A stretch of DNA of 64,000 bases from Bacteroidota bacterium (lineage in GTDB: Bacteria; Bacteroidota; Bacteroidia; B-17B0; Aurantibacillaceae). How positions within the stretch are numbered: the first letter of the stretch is position 1; the number at the start of each line of letters is the position of its first letter. A program made the position numbers and the translations under genes. Shown here one piece after another: positions 47,910-56,937 of the stretch. A model generated the notes under the pieces. That model saw only the letters and a program-made list of their open reading frames with translations, ran no database searches and was not told the DNA's origin. The stretch covers positions 2,645-66,644 of the forward strand of contig JACCXH010000047.1 of the NCBI GenBank assembly GCA_013697245.1, read 5' to 3'.

Positions 47910-48767
47910 TTATTTTTTCGGAATAATTATTGTGTCGAATGATGGAGAGTAACCAACAAAGGCGCCAAATACATCCTGGTTATTATCGAACATACTATTA
48001 ATGTTTGCAGGGGCACTAAAAGGATTACTATTACTTGCTTTATTTTGATAATAAGTATTCCAGAAATCATATTCTCTTCGCCCGATCTTACATAATTTTA
48101 CAACAACGGTATCGCCGCGTTTGTAGTAACCTTTCTCAGGATCATCATTGTATTGTTTTATTTCATTTGGTTGAGGGCCCCGGTCATAAGAAAAATCAAA
48201 TGTTTTCCCATCAATAAATTTATCATCAAAAACTGAAAGGTATGGCGCAGCATAAAACTGATCACGGCCCAAACGTTTTGCAAACCAACGATAGGCATCT
48301 CCAGAACCTTTTGGCTCAGAAAACGTCTGCCATATAAATCCTAAAGTATCTCGTTCGCCTTTAAAATATAAACTGTCTAATTTTGCCGGTTTTAAAATAG
48401 TAGTGCTTGTTTCAAATGTTTTGTCTCCAACGGTAACTTTTAAAGAATAGACTTTTCCTTCTTGTCCGGTTATTTTTAAACCAACATATAAGTAACCGGT
48501 GCTTGGATCAAGCTCTTTTAAAGTATCAATTATTATTCCATCCGTTACTGTAACAAAAGCGCCTTTAATAAAACTTTTTTCAGGTGTAGAATAATCAAAA
48601 TCGCCAAAATAAGGCACAGAGTTGGATAATAAAACAATAGCAGGGCCGCCTGTTTCAATGCTTGCCTCAACTACAATCTTTTGCTTGTATTCAGGCAGTT
48701 TTAATTTTACATCTTTTCTACAGGAAAAAAGAGTAAATAAAAGCGCTATGTAAATAAACTGTTTCAT
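47910..48767 (-). CDS. DUF4249 family lipoprotein (TBDR partner)
   Basis: Lipobox LFSC, VVEASI, and C-terminal NPFSAPANINS...GAFVG. Confidence 0.8.
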   Translation of the reverse strand: MKQFIYIALLFTLFSCRKDVKLKLPEYKQKIVVEASIETGGPAIVLLSNSVPYFGDFDYSTPEKSFIKGAFVTVTDGIIIDTLKELDPSTGYLYVGLKITGQEGKVYSLKVTVGDKTFETSTTILKPAKLDSLYFKGERDTLGFIWQTFSEPKGSGDAYRWFAKRLGRDQFYAAPYLSVFDDKFIDGKTFDFSYDRGPQPNEIKQYNDDPEKGYYKRGDTVVVKLCKIGRREYDFWNTYYQNKASNSNPFSAPANINSMFDNNQDVFGAFVGYSPSFDTIIIPKK

Positions 48768-51208
48768 TAAAATTTAAAATTCCAGGTTAAGCTTGGTAAT
48801 ATTGGAAACAGAGACACTTGTCTTGCTCCAACTTTCAAAGTTCCTTTTGTAAAATCACCTTCTCTTGTTAAATAAATAAAATAAGGATTATAGCGGTTAT
48901 ATATATTAAACACACTTAAGGTAAAACTGTTGCTGAAATTTTTTGCCCATTTTTTTGTTACCAAAATATTTAACGTATCTTTTCCTTCTTCTTTATATTT
49001 TGTTATTAATGTTTGTTTTCTTTTTTCAAGTTTTTTTGTCCTATCGGGAGAAAAGGTAACATTTAGATCCATACGGTGATAAGGAATGAACTGGTATGAA
49101 TTCCTTAAGCCGTAATCATTACTCAAACTTCCTTCATATAGGAAAAATCCATTCGGTAATGTCCCTCTGTTACCTGAGCCATAAACCCAAACCATTCCAA
49201 AATTCCAACGTTTGTTGGCATCGTAGGTTAATACCACAGAGGCATCATGTCTTCTATCGTATTTCGCTAAAAATTTTTCGCCATAATTAATTTCTTTAAA
49301 TTGTCTCCATGTCCATGAAAGTGTGTAGCCTATCCAGCCGGTAAATTTTCCTACATTTTTTTTCACAAAGAATTCTGCGCCATACGCCCAGCCTTTTCCA
49401 AACGTGAAAGCGTTATCAGGGTTATCAAATACATTATCTGACGGTTGCGCACCTTCTTTGTATTCAATTTGATTGCTCATTGTTTTATAATAAACTTCAA
49501 CGCTGGTCTCAAACATATTATCCTTTAAATTTTTAAAAAAACCAAAGGCATATTGATTGGATTGTTGGGGTTTAATTACTTCGGTGCAGGGCATCCACAC
49601 ATCGGTTGGTAAACTTACAGAAGAAATGGAAGCTAGATGGATGTATTGAAAATTGCGCGTATACGACGCTTTTAGCGACGAAGTTTTGGTTAATGAGTAA
49701 CGTGCAGAAAATCTTGGTTCTAAACCATTATAATTAGCTACAACTTCGTTTGTTTTATATTTAACTGTATCGTTTATCTTTCCAAAAGCATCTTTTTTGT
49801 AACGTGTAAACGGACCAATTTGCGTAAAATTACAAAAACGTAAACCTGCATTTATTCTAAAGTTTTGTGAAATATCCCAATCATCACTTACATAAACAGC
49901 AGCATCATGTGCATATAATTTAATTGTTTTACCGAGATCAAATATAGTTTCACCTTGTTTAGCGCTTACACTTGTTGGCACAAATACATGAAAGATGTAA
50001 TTGGCACCTACTTTTATATTGTGTCGTGAGTTGGGAAAAAAATTAAGATCGTATTTTAAATTATAATCAGTGATACCGGATCTTATGGTCACTTCAAAAT
50101 CATCTTGTGTAGCGCCAAAACTAAAGTTATAATTTGTAAATATAGCAGACATATTGGAAAATAGTTTTGGATTAAAAATATGGTTCCATCTCAAACAGGA
50201 AGATGCATTGCCCCAAGGGATCTTGGTTTTAAAGCCGCCTTCTACATCTGTAAAAACAAATTTATCCCTACCATAATAGCCACTTAAAAACAAGCGGTTC
50301 TTATCATTTATGATGTAGTTGAACTTAGCATTCAGATCATAAAAAAAATACGAAGTGCCCTTAAAATCAGATTTTTCTATTAGAGGTTTAGCTAACACGT
50401 CTATATAAGTTCTGCGGCCGCTAATAATAAAAGAACCTTTGTTTTTTACAATAGGGCCTTGTATAGTTAAACGCGATGCAATAACGCCAATGCCGCCATC
50501 TACCTGAAAATTTTGGTTATTACCATCCTTCATACTTATATCCAATACGGAAGATAAACGCCCGCCATATTGCGCAGGCATTCCGCCTTTAATAAGATTT
50601 ACGTTTTTAATTGCATCGCCATTAAAAACCGAAAAGAAACCGAGTAGGTGAGAGGCATTGTAGATCGGTGCTTCATCAAGCAGGATCAAATTCTGGTCTG
50701 GGCCGCCACCACGCACGTAAAAACCGGTATTACCATCGCCTGCATTTTTTACACCGGGTAAAAGTTGTATGGTCTTTAAAATATCTACTTCTCCCATAAA
50801 GGCCGGAATTTTTTTGATCTCTGCCATATCAAGCTGAACGCTGCCCATTTGAGAATTCTTTACATTTTCATTCCCTCTTTTAGTAGTAACTTCTACTTCA
50901 GATAAATTAGTTTCGGCCGGTGTAAAAGAAACGTTCAGTGTTGTGTTTTTATTAAGTTCAACTTCCTGTATAATTGTTTTATAACCGATATAAGAAATTA
51001 CAATAGTGTATTTACCTTTAGGCGCGGCAATAGAGAAAAAACCATATTGGTTGGAGGAAGTGGCTTTGTTAACCTCCTTAATAAGAATGGTGGCACCAAT
51101 AATTGTTTCGCCATTTGTTCCATCTTTTATACTTCCGCCAATAGAAAAATTTTGGGAAAAGATATTACCAAAAATAAAAACAAATAGAAATATGAAATAA
51201 TTCGTCAC
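48767..51208 (-). CDS. TonB-dependent receptor with carboxypeptidase-like N-domain; likely start GTG 51208
   Basis: SNQYGFFSI, plug VRGGGPDQNLILLD, YGGRLSS, and C-terminal PSLTWNFKF. Confidence 0.92.
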   Translation of the reverse strand: MTNYFIFLFVFIFGNIFSQNFSIGGSIKDGTNGETIIGATILIKEVNKATSSNQYGFFSIAAPKGKYTIVISYIGYKTIIQEVELNKNTTLNVSFTPAETNLSEVEVTTKRGNENVKNSQMGSVQLDMAEIKKIPAFMGEVDILKTIQLLPGVKNAGDGNTGFYVRGGGPDQNLILLDEAPIYNASHLLGFFSVFNGDAIKNVNLIKGGMPAQYGGRLSSVLDISMKDGNNQNFQVDGGIGVIASRLTIQGPIVKNKGSFIISGRRTYIDVLAKPLIEKSDFKGTSYFFYDLNAKFNYIINDKNRLFLSGYYGRDKFVFTDVEGGFKTKIPWGNASSCLRWNHIFNPKLFSNMSAIFTNYNFSFGATQDDFEVTIRSGITDYNLKYDLNFFPNSRHNIKVGANYIFHVFVPTSVSAKQGETIFDLGKTIKLYAHDAAVYVSDDWDISQNFRINAGLRFCNFTQIGPFTRYKKDAFGKINDTVKYKTNEVVANYNGLEPRFSARYSLTKTSSLKASYTRNFQYIHLASISSVSLPTDVWMPCTEVIKPQQSNQYAFGFFKNLKDNMFETSVEVYYKTMSNQIEYKEGAQPSDNVFDNPDNAFTFGKGWAYGAEFFVKKNVGKFTGWIGYTLSWTWRQFKEINYGEKFLAKYDRRHDASVVLTYDANKRWNFGMVWVYGSGNRGTLPNGFFLYEGSLSNDYGLRNSYQFIPYHRMDLNVTFSPDRTKKLEKRKQTLITKYKEEGKDTLNILVTKKWAKNFSNSFTLSVFNIYNRYNPYFIYLTREGDFTKGTLKVGARQVSLFPILPSLTWNFKF

Positions 51209-51308
51209 GACCCATAAAAGTAGCAAATTAAGAGTGTTAAATAAAATTTATGATGCAGAATATGTTTGTGGAAATTAATTAATTGGAGAAATTCTTAAGT
51301 GGAATTTT

Positions 51309-52673
51309 TTACACAGCAAGCTCTTTAGCTAACAAATTAAAATCAACTCCATCAAAATTACCGCTGCTCATCATTAAAAGTACTTTATTATCCCATCCTT
51401 TTGATCTAAGATAAGTGATAACATCCGCGCTTTTGGTAAATACCTTAAGGTCTTTGCGGTTAAAGGCTTTATGAACCTGCTCTTTTGTTATCTCTTTTAA
51501 TTTTTTGTGCGCAATGGTGTGCGGGTTAAAATAAACAATAGCTTCATCGGCAAGATCCATGGAACCCTGGTATTCATTTAAAAATTCTTCGTTCAAACTG
51601 CTAAAAGTATGAAGTTCCATACAGGCAACAATATAACGGCTGGTAAATTGCTTTTTCACTGCATCGGTTGTTGCTTTTAATTTGGAAGGAGAGTGCGCAA
51701 AATCTTTATAAAAATTAAAATCGTTGTTCTTATAAACTAATTCAAGGCGTTTAGCCGCGCCTTTAAACGATTGTATCGCTTCATAAAACTGTTCATCACT
51801 TAGTCCAATAGTATTACAAATCATTCTTGCGCCATTTAAATTCATTAAATTATGGTTGCCAAATATTTGCAATGGAATTGTTTTATCGTCCACAATTAAA
51901 TAAGTTATGCCATTTACAATTTCATTTTTAGGAACAGAGTAGGGCTGTTTTGTAATAGTATTGTTTTCAGCTTTTTCGCAGGTGGTGGAAAGTACTTTAT
52001 CTTCGGCGCAATAGATCAAGTGTCCTGTAGGTTCAATTAAATTTATGAATTTCGTGAATTGTTCAACATAATTTTCGAAGGTTGGAAAAACATTTATGTG
52101 ATCCCATGCAATGCCACTTATAATGGCAATATTAGGTTTGTATAAATGAAATTTTGGACGGCGATCTATTGGCGAAGCTAAATATTCATCCCCCTCAATA
52201 ACGGCATATTTTGATGTGTTGGTTAAATTCACCATCGTATCAAAACCTGCTAACTGTGCACCGACTAAAAAGTCTGTTTCTATTTTATGAAAATGCATAA
52301 CATGCAATATCATGGCTGTAATGGTTGTTTTACCATGACTTCCACCAATAACAATGCGTGTTTTATTTTTTGTGGCTTCGTAAATGTATTCAGGATAGGA
52401 ATATATTTTTAGTCCAAGTTCTTTTGCGCGCAATAACTCAGGATTGTCTGCACGTGCATGCATGCCAAGTATTACGGCATCTATATTGTTGGTTATTTTT
52501 TGAGGGAACCAACCAATTTCAGCCGGTAAGATGCCTGCTTTTGCCAGGCGGCTTTTGCTTGGTTCGTTAATTTCATCATCGCTGCCGCTTACTTTAAAAC
52601 CTTTTTCGTGTAAAGCCAAGGCCATATTATGCATAGCACTGCCGCCAATAGCAATTAAGTGAACTTTTTCCAT
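51309..52673 (-). CDS. Mur ligase family, murein peptide ligase Mpl-like
   Basis: IAIGGSAM, GGSHGKTT, EGDEY, WDH, DFAHSP and MSSGNF motifs. Confidence 0.85.
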   Translation of the reverse strand: MEKVHLIAIGGSAMHNMALALHEKGFKVSGSDDEINEPSKSRLAKAGILPAEIGWFPQKITNNIDAVILGMHARADNPELLRAKELGLKIYSYPEYIYEATKNKTRIVIGGSHGKTTITAMILHVMHFHKIETDFLVGAQLAGFDTMVNLTNTSKYAVIEGDEYLASPIDRRPKFHLYKPNIAIISGIAWDHINVFPTFENYVEQFTKFINLIEPTGHLIYCAEDKVLSTTCEKAENNTITKQPYSVPKNEIVNGITYLIVDDKTIPLQIFGNHNLMNLNGARMICNTIGLSDEQFYEAIQSFKGAAKRLELVYKNNDFNFYKDFAHSPSKLKATTDAVKKQFTSRYIVACMELHTFSSLNEEFLNEYQGSMDLADEAIVYFNPHTIAHKKLKEITKEQVHKAFNRKDLKVFTKSADVITYLRSKGWDNKVLLMMSSGNFDGVDFNLLAKELAV

Positions 52674-52774
52674 AGCATAAAGTAAATGTTTTGATACTTG
52701 TATTTTTATAATAAAGTAACATTATTATGCACATAAAATTGTTTATCTTGTAAGCCAATTCAAAATAAGAATTT

Positions 52775-53605
52775 ATGCAAAAGAAAATAGTTAAAGTTGG
52801 AAATATAGAGTGTGGCTCTAAAGAATTGTTTTTGATCTCGGGCCCCTGTGTTATTGAGGATGAAATGATCATGATGAAGACCGCTGAAAAATTAAAGGAG
52901 GTTGGAGAAAGATTAAAAATTAAAATTATTTATAAGTCAAGTTTTATAAAAGATAACCGTAGCAGTTTAAACTATTACAATGGCCCCGGCATGGAAAAAG
53001 GAATGAAGATACTTGCTAAAGTAAAAGAGCAATTTGGTTTTCCTTTGTTGACTGATATTCATGAAAGCTACCAGGCAGCCCTTGCTGCCGAAGTGTGTGA
53101 TGTTTTACAAATACCCGCATATTTATGTATGCAAAGTTCTTTATTAGTTGCTGCTGCAAAAACAGGTAAGGTGGTTAATATTAAACATGGCCAGTTTTTA
53201 GCACCCGATAATATGAAACATCCTGCACAAAAATGTAAAGATGCAGGAAATGACAATATAATTTTAACGGAACGTGGTTATGTATTTGGGTATAATGACC
53301 TGATTGTTGATCCTCGTAGTTTTTTTCACATGAATAATTTAGGTTACCCGGTAGTATTTGATGTGACGCATTGTGTACGTAAATACGGTATTCCGAGTGC
53401 TGATGCAAAAGGTGGGGCAAGAGAATTTTTACCGGTATTAAGCAGGGCCGGGGTAGCAAGTGGCATAGATGGCATGTTCATTGAAACGCATCCTGAACCT
53501 TCTACGGCTTTATGCGACGCTGCTTCGCAGTTGTGTGTTTATGATCTGGAAGAATTTTTAAAACCGGTAATTGAGATCCATAACGTGGTTAGAAAATATA
53601 GTTAA
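52775..53605 (+). CDS. kdsA: 3-deoxy-8-phosphooctulonate (KDO8P) synthase
   Basis: GPCVIE, KDNRSS, LTDIHE, NIKHGQF, VFDVTH and FIETHP motifs. Confidence 0.93.
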   Translation: MQKKIVKVGNIECGSKELFLISGPCVIEDEMIMMKTAEKLKEVGERLKIKIIYKSSFIKDNRSSLNYYNGPGMEKGMKILAKVKEQFGFPLLTDIHESYQAALAAEVCDVLQIPAYLCMQSSLLVAAAKTGKVVNIKHGQFLAPDNMKHPAQKCKDAGNDNIILTERGYVFGYNDLIVDPRSFFHMNNLGYPVVFDVTHCVRKYGIPSADAKGGAREFLPVLSRAGVASGIDGMFIETHPEPSTALCDAASQLCVYDLEEFLKPVIEIHNVVRKYS

Positions 53606-54690
53606 GCCATTTCAAAATACAATTTTTCCATTTCGCTTAAGTTTTGGTTCCAGCTAAATTTTTCGGAGATGCGTTGGAAAGCATTCTTTGCAAGGATATA
53701 CCTTAATTCATTGTTCATTAAATATTTCTCCATCGCAGTGCGTATATCGTTTGGCGATGTAGAGCGTGTAATTAATCCAATACTTTCATCAGGAATAAGA
53801 TCTTTAAAACCATCTACATTGCTTACTATTACCGGTATTTTACACGCCATGGCCTCTGCCACGCTAACACCAAAACTTTCAATTTCCGAAACGTTTACCA
53901 ATACATCCATCGTGTTAAGAAAGGAAGGGATCTGGTCGTGCGAAACAGCTCCTACTAGATCTACGCTTTTTTGTAAATCATAATAATTTATTAGCTCCTG
54001 CAACTCTTCTCTTTGACTTCCATCACCAACGATCCTTAACTTTAAAGGTAAATTGGGATGTTTTTTTTGAACTGAATTAAAAGCAATAATTACTTTATCG
54101 ATGTTATAGATCGGTTCAAGGTTTTTCACACATCCAAATGTAAAATAATTGTCCTTATGCTCTGTATTATTTGAATAGAACACATTTAAATTAATCCCAA
54201 AAGGAATAACGTATACTTGTTTTTTTGAGTATAATGCAATTTCTTTTTTTAAAACTGTAGACGTTGCACAGATCTTATTTGCTCTAAAAAAAACAAATTT
54301 TATGATCAATTTATTTAGAGTGTTTTTCTTTGGAAACTCCATTACATCGCTTCCCCAGGCCGAAACCACAAATGGTTTAAAAAAAGTTAATGCGCCTAAC
54401 AGTCCGTAGCTTGACGCATAATGCGAATGAATAACATCCGGTTTAAATTTAAAGATCTGGTAAATTAATTTTGGCCAAAATAATAAATAGGCCAGTTTAT
54501 TAAGAAAATTTAAACTTGCTTTTGTTTTTCGTTTATTTAGGCAGGTAATATTTTTGTGATCAAACCAATGATTGGTTGAGCTATTAAAAGAAAAAACACC
54601 GATCTTAAAATTATCGTTGGCAAGACCTAGCACCCATTTTTGAGTGTGTGAAGAGTTAATATCCGCTAAAATTAATATTCTTGGTGTCAT
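53602..54690 (-). CDS. Glycosyltransferase family 4
   Basis: HYASSYG, SAWGSDV and ESFGVSVAEAMACKIPVIVSNVDG motifs. Confidence 0.9.
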   Translation of the reverse strand: MTPRILILADINSSHTQKWVLGLANDNFKIGVFSFNSSTNHWFDHKNITCLNKRKTKASLNFLNKLAYLLFWPKLIYQIFKFKPDVIHSHYASSYGLLGALTFFKPFVVSAWGSDVMEFPKKNTLNKLIIKFVFFRANKICATSTVLKKEIALYSKKQVYVIPFGINLNVFYSNNTEHKDNYFTFGCVKNLEPIYNIDKVIIAFNSVQKKHPNLPLKLRIVGDGSQREELQELINYYDLQKSVDLVGAVSHDQIPSFLNTMDVLVNVSEIESFGVSVAEAMACKIPVIVSNVDGFKDLIPDESIGLITRSTSPNDIRTAMEKYLMNNELRYILAKNAFQRISEKFSWNQNLSEMEKLYFEMA

Positions 54691-54758
54691 AACTTATTTT
54701 CAGTATGACTCACACATTTTTTAAAAGTTTAATCGAGATTAAAATTTTAACAGAATTC

Positions 54759-55871
54759 TTAGTTTTTATTCCTTACAAAATAAATGATTGTGCCAATAAC
54801 CGCTATAATTGCAAGACTAAAGAAGAAGATCTTCCAGGCACTGTAAGGCCTTTCGCCCTGAACCTCGCCGGTTCTGGCATTTATGGTAAAACGGTAAACT
54901 TTATTGTTGTATTTGTAAGCACTTATCCAAAGAGGCAATAAAATATGCTTAAATGAGATGTCATTGTATTGGGTATTAAGTGTTGTTATCTGCTGCGTAT
55001 CGCCACCAATATCAGAATTTACAGTACTTCTAATGACAGGTTCCATACGGCTTTTTGCTTCTTCAAAGCCGGGTTTCAATTCGGTTTGATAACTCTCTGT
55101 AACAAAACCCGCTAAAAATTGATCGTTATAAGATATTAACTCAGGAAGATCCCACGGTTCAAGATCTTGTACCAATTTTTTTGGTAATGAATGAGATGCG
55201 CAAACCAAAATATCATCAAAAGAATTATTTACGGTGCCACTTGCCGGAAACCAATTAGTGTGGCGCACCTGGCGTGTTTGCGTTTTACCCTGGCTATCGC
55301 GATAGGTTTCTGTAACGTAATAATAAACGCCTCTTAAGCCGGTGTAATTAGTAACCGTATTGCTATCATATGTCCAATAAGGCATATAAACACCTTTTAA
55401 TTTTTCGAGACTATTTTGTGCGTAATCTTTTAATTTATTTGGCGCAAACCATAAACTACCAACCCATTTTACAAAGCCTTCTTTTGCTTTATTGCGTTCT
55501 ACTTTAAATGGTAATAAATATTTTGGCTTTATAAGGTTTGAAGTTGAGGCATTTTTTACCACTAAAGCTGTATCGCAATAAGGGCAATTGCTGGAAGTTA
55601 CATTAGGTGGAAGTGAAGTAGAAGAACCGCAGCTATCGCATTTAACGGTGGCAATGGTTTGTTTTTCGGCTGATGAAATATTTTGTTCTAAAAAACTATT
55701 ATAATCATTTTCAACGATCTCTGTTTTCTCGACAATAATTTTATTTTGCGTTTGACAGTATTGACAGGTAAGACTTTCTGTACCTGGCTTAAAGCTTAAG
55801 TTAGCGCCGCAGTTGGTGCACTTGCAGGTATTGGCAGTTTCGGCTGTTGGTTCAAAAGTTTGATCGCTCAT
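54759..55871 (-). CDS. Zinc-ribbon membrane-anchored protein (often mislabelled PriA-like)
   Basis: Four CxxC motifs (CTNC, CQYC, CDSC, CPYC), YMPYWTYD, LLPLW, NARTGEVQGERP and a C-terminal TM helix. Confidence 0.7.
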   Translation of the reverse strand: MSDQTFEPTAETANTCKCTNCGANLSFKPGTESLTCQYCQTQNKIIVEKTEIVENDYNSFLEQNISSAEKQTIATVKCDSCGSSTSLPPNVTSSNCPYCDTALVVKNASTSNLIKPKYLLPFKVERNKAKEGFVKWVGSLWFAPNKLKDYAQNSLEKLKGVYMPYWTYDSNTVTNYTGLRGVYYYVTETYRDSQGKTQTRQVRHTNWFPASGTVNNSFDDILVCASHSLPKKLVQDLEPWDLPELISYNDQFLAGFVTESYQTELKPGFEEAKSRMEPVIRSTVNSDIGGDTQQITTLNTQYNDISFKHILLPLWISAYKYNNKVYRFTINARTGEVQGERPYSAWKIFFFSLAIIAVIGTIIYFVRNKN

Positions 55872-55927
55872 AAAATTTTGTTTGATAGACTAAAAATAAT
55901 TCTTTTTTTTATACTATCTAAAAGAAA

Positions 55928-56836
55928 TTATAGCATTTTATTTCTTTTTACAAGATAGGTATACAGGATGTTATCAAAGCCCTTATTAATGTCGGCTTCA
56001 ACAAAATCTATTTTATACTGGCCGCATTTTAATTTTAAAAGATCTTTGTACTCGTTTATTGATCGTTGATATTGCTCTTTGATCTGGCTTGGATTTAATT
56101 TTATTTCCTCTCCGCTTTCAAGATCAATAAAATGATAAGGCTTGTTCTCAAATTCAAAATCTATTTCTTTTGCTTTATCCACCACATGAAATAAAACCAC
56201 TTCATGTTTGCGGTATTTTAAATGCTGAAGCGCTGAAAATAATTCTTCATTCTCAGAATTATTCTCGAACATATCGCTAAATATAATAACCAAAGAGCGT
56301 TGATGGATTATTTCAGCTATTTGATTTAATGTTTTAGCGGCCGAAGTATTCTTGCTTTCAAAATTCTTGTCTAAAATTTCTTCCAGTGTGTTGTAGATCA
56401 ATTTTTGATGAGAAGGACTACCTTTTGGAGCAAAGTGTTTTACAATTTCGTTGGCAAATAAAGTAAGTCCAAAAGCATCGCGCTGTTGCTTTAACAATTC
56501 ACAAAGGGCTGCGGCAGAGTAAATACTAAAATTTAGTTTATTATTCTCTGTTTCTTTTGGGAATTGCATGCTGGTAGAAATGTCAATTACGATCTGGCAG
56601 CGGAGGTTAGTTTCCTCCTCATATCGTTTTACAAATAATCTTCCCGAACGGGCAAATAATTTCCAGTCGATGTGCCTGGTACTCTCGCCGGTATTATAAA
56701 GCCGGTGTTCGGCAAACTCTACAGAAAATCCATGAAATGGGCTTTTATGAAGGCCTGTAATAAACCCTTCAACTACTTTTTTAGCAAATAGTTCAAGTTT
56801 TTTAAAAGGTTCTATTTTTAACCGGTTTATTGGCAT
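55928..56836 (-). CDS. DUF58 domain (vWA-like) protein
   Basis: GLHKSPFHGFSVEFAEHR, IDWKLFARS, DISTSM and IFSD motifs. Confidence 0.9.
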   Translation of the reverse strand: MPINRLKIEPFKKLELFAKKVVEGFITGLHKSPFHGFSVEFAEHRLYNTGESTRHIDWKLFARSGRLFVKRYEEETNLRCQIVIDISTSMQFPKETENNKLNFSIYSAAALCELLKQQRDAFGLTLFANEIVKHFAPKGSPSHQKLIYNTLEEILDKNFESKNTSAAKTLNQIAEIIHQRSLVIIFSDMFENNSENEELFSALQHLKYRKHEVVLFHVVDKAKEIDFEFENKPYHFIDLESGEEIKLNPSQIKEQYQRSINEYKDLLKLKCGQYKIDFVEADINKGFDNILYTYLVKRNKML

Positions 56837-56937
56837 GGATATGTTTGTAAATTTAGCTTCATTTTTTTGTTAATTTATGTAAAATTTCAATATTTTTTGT
56901 ATATTCGTAGAATTAATTATTTCCTAGAGTTAAGTGT

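Noticed and set aside
55928-56836. DUF58 gene without MoxR ATPase or Bat genes
   Set aside because: Stand-alone DUF58 paralogs are, to my knowledge, common in Bacteroidota, so it is not evidence of a new system.
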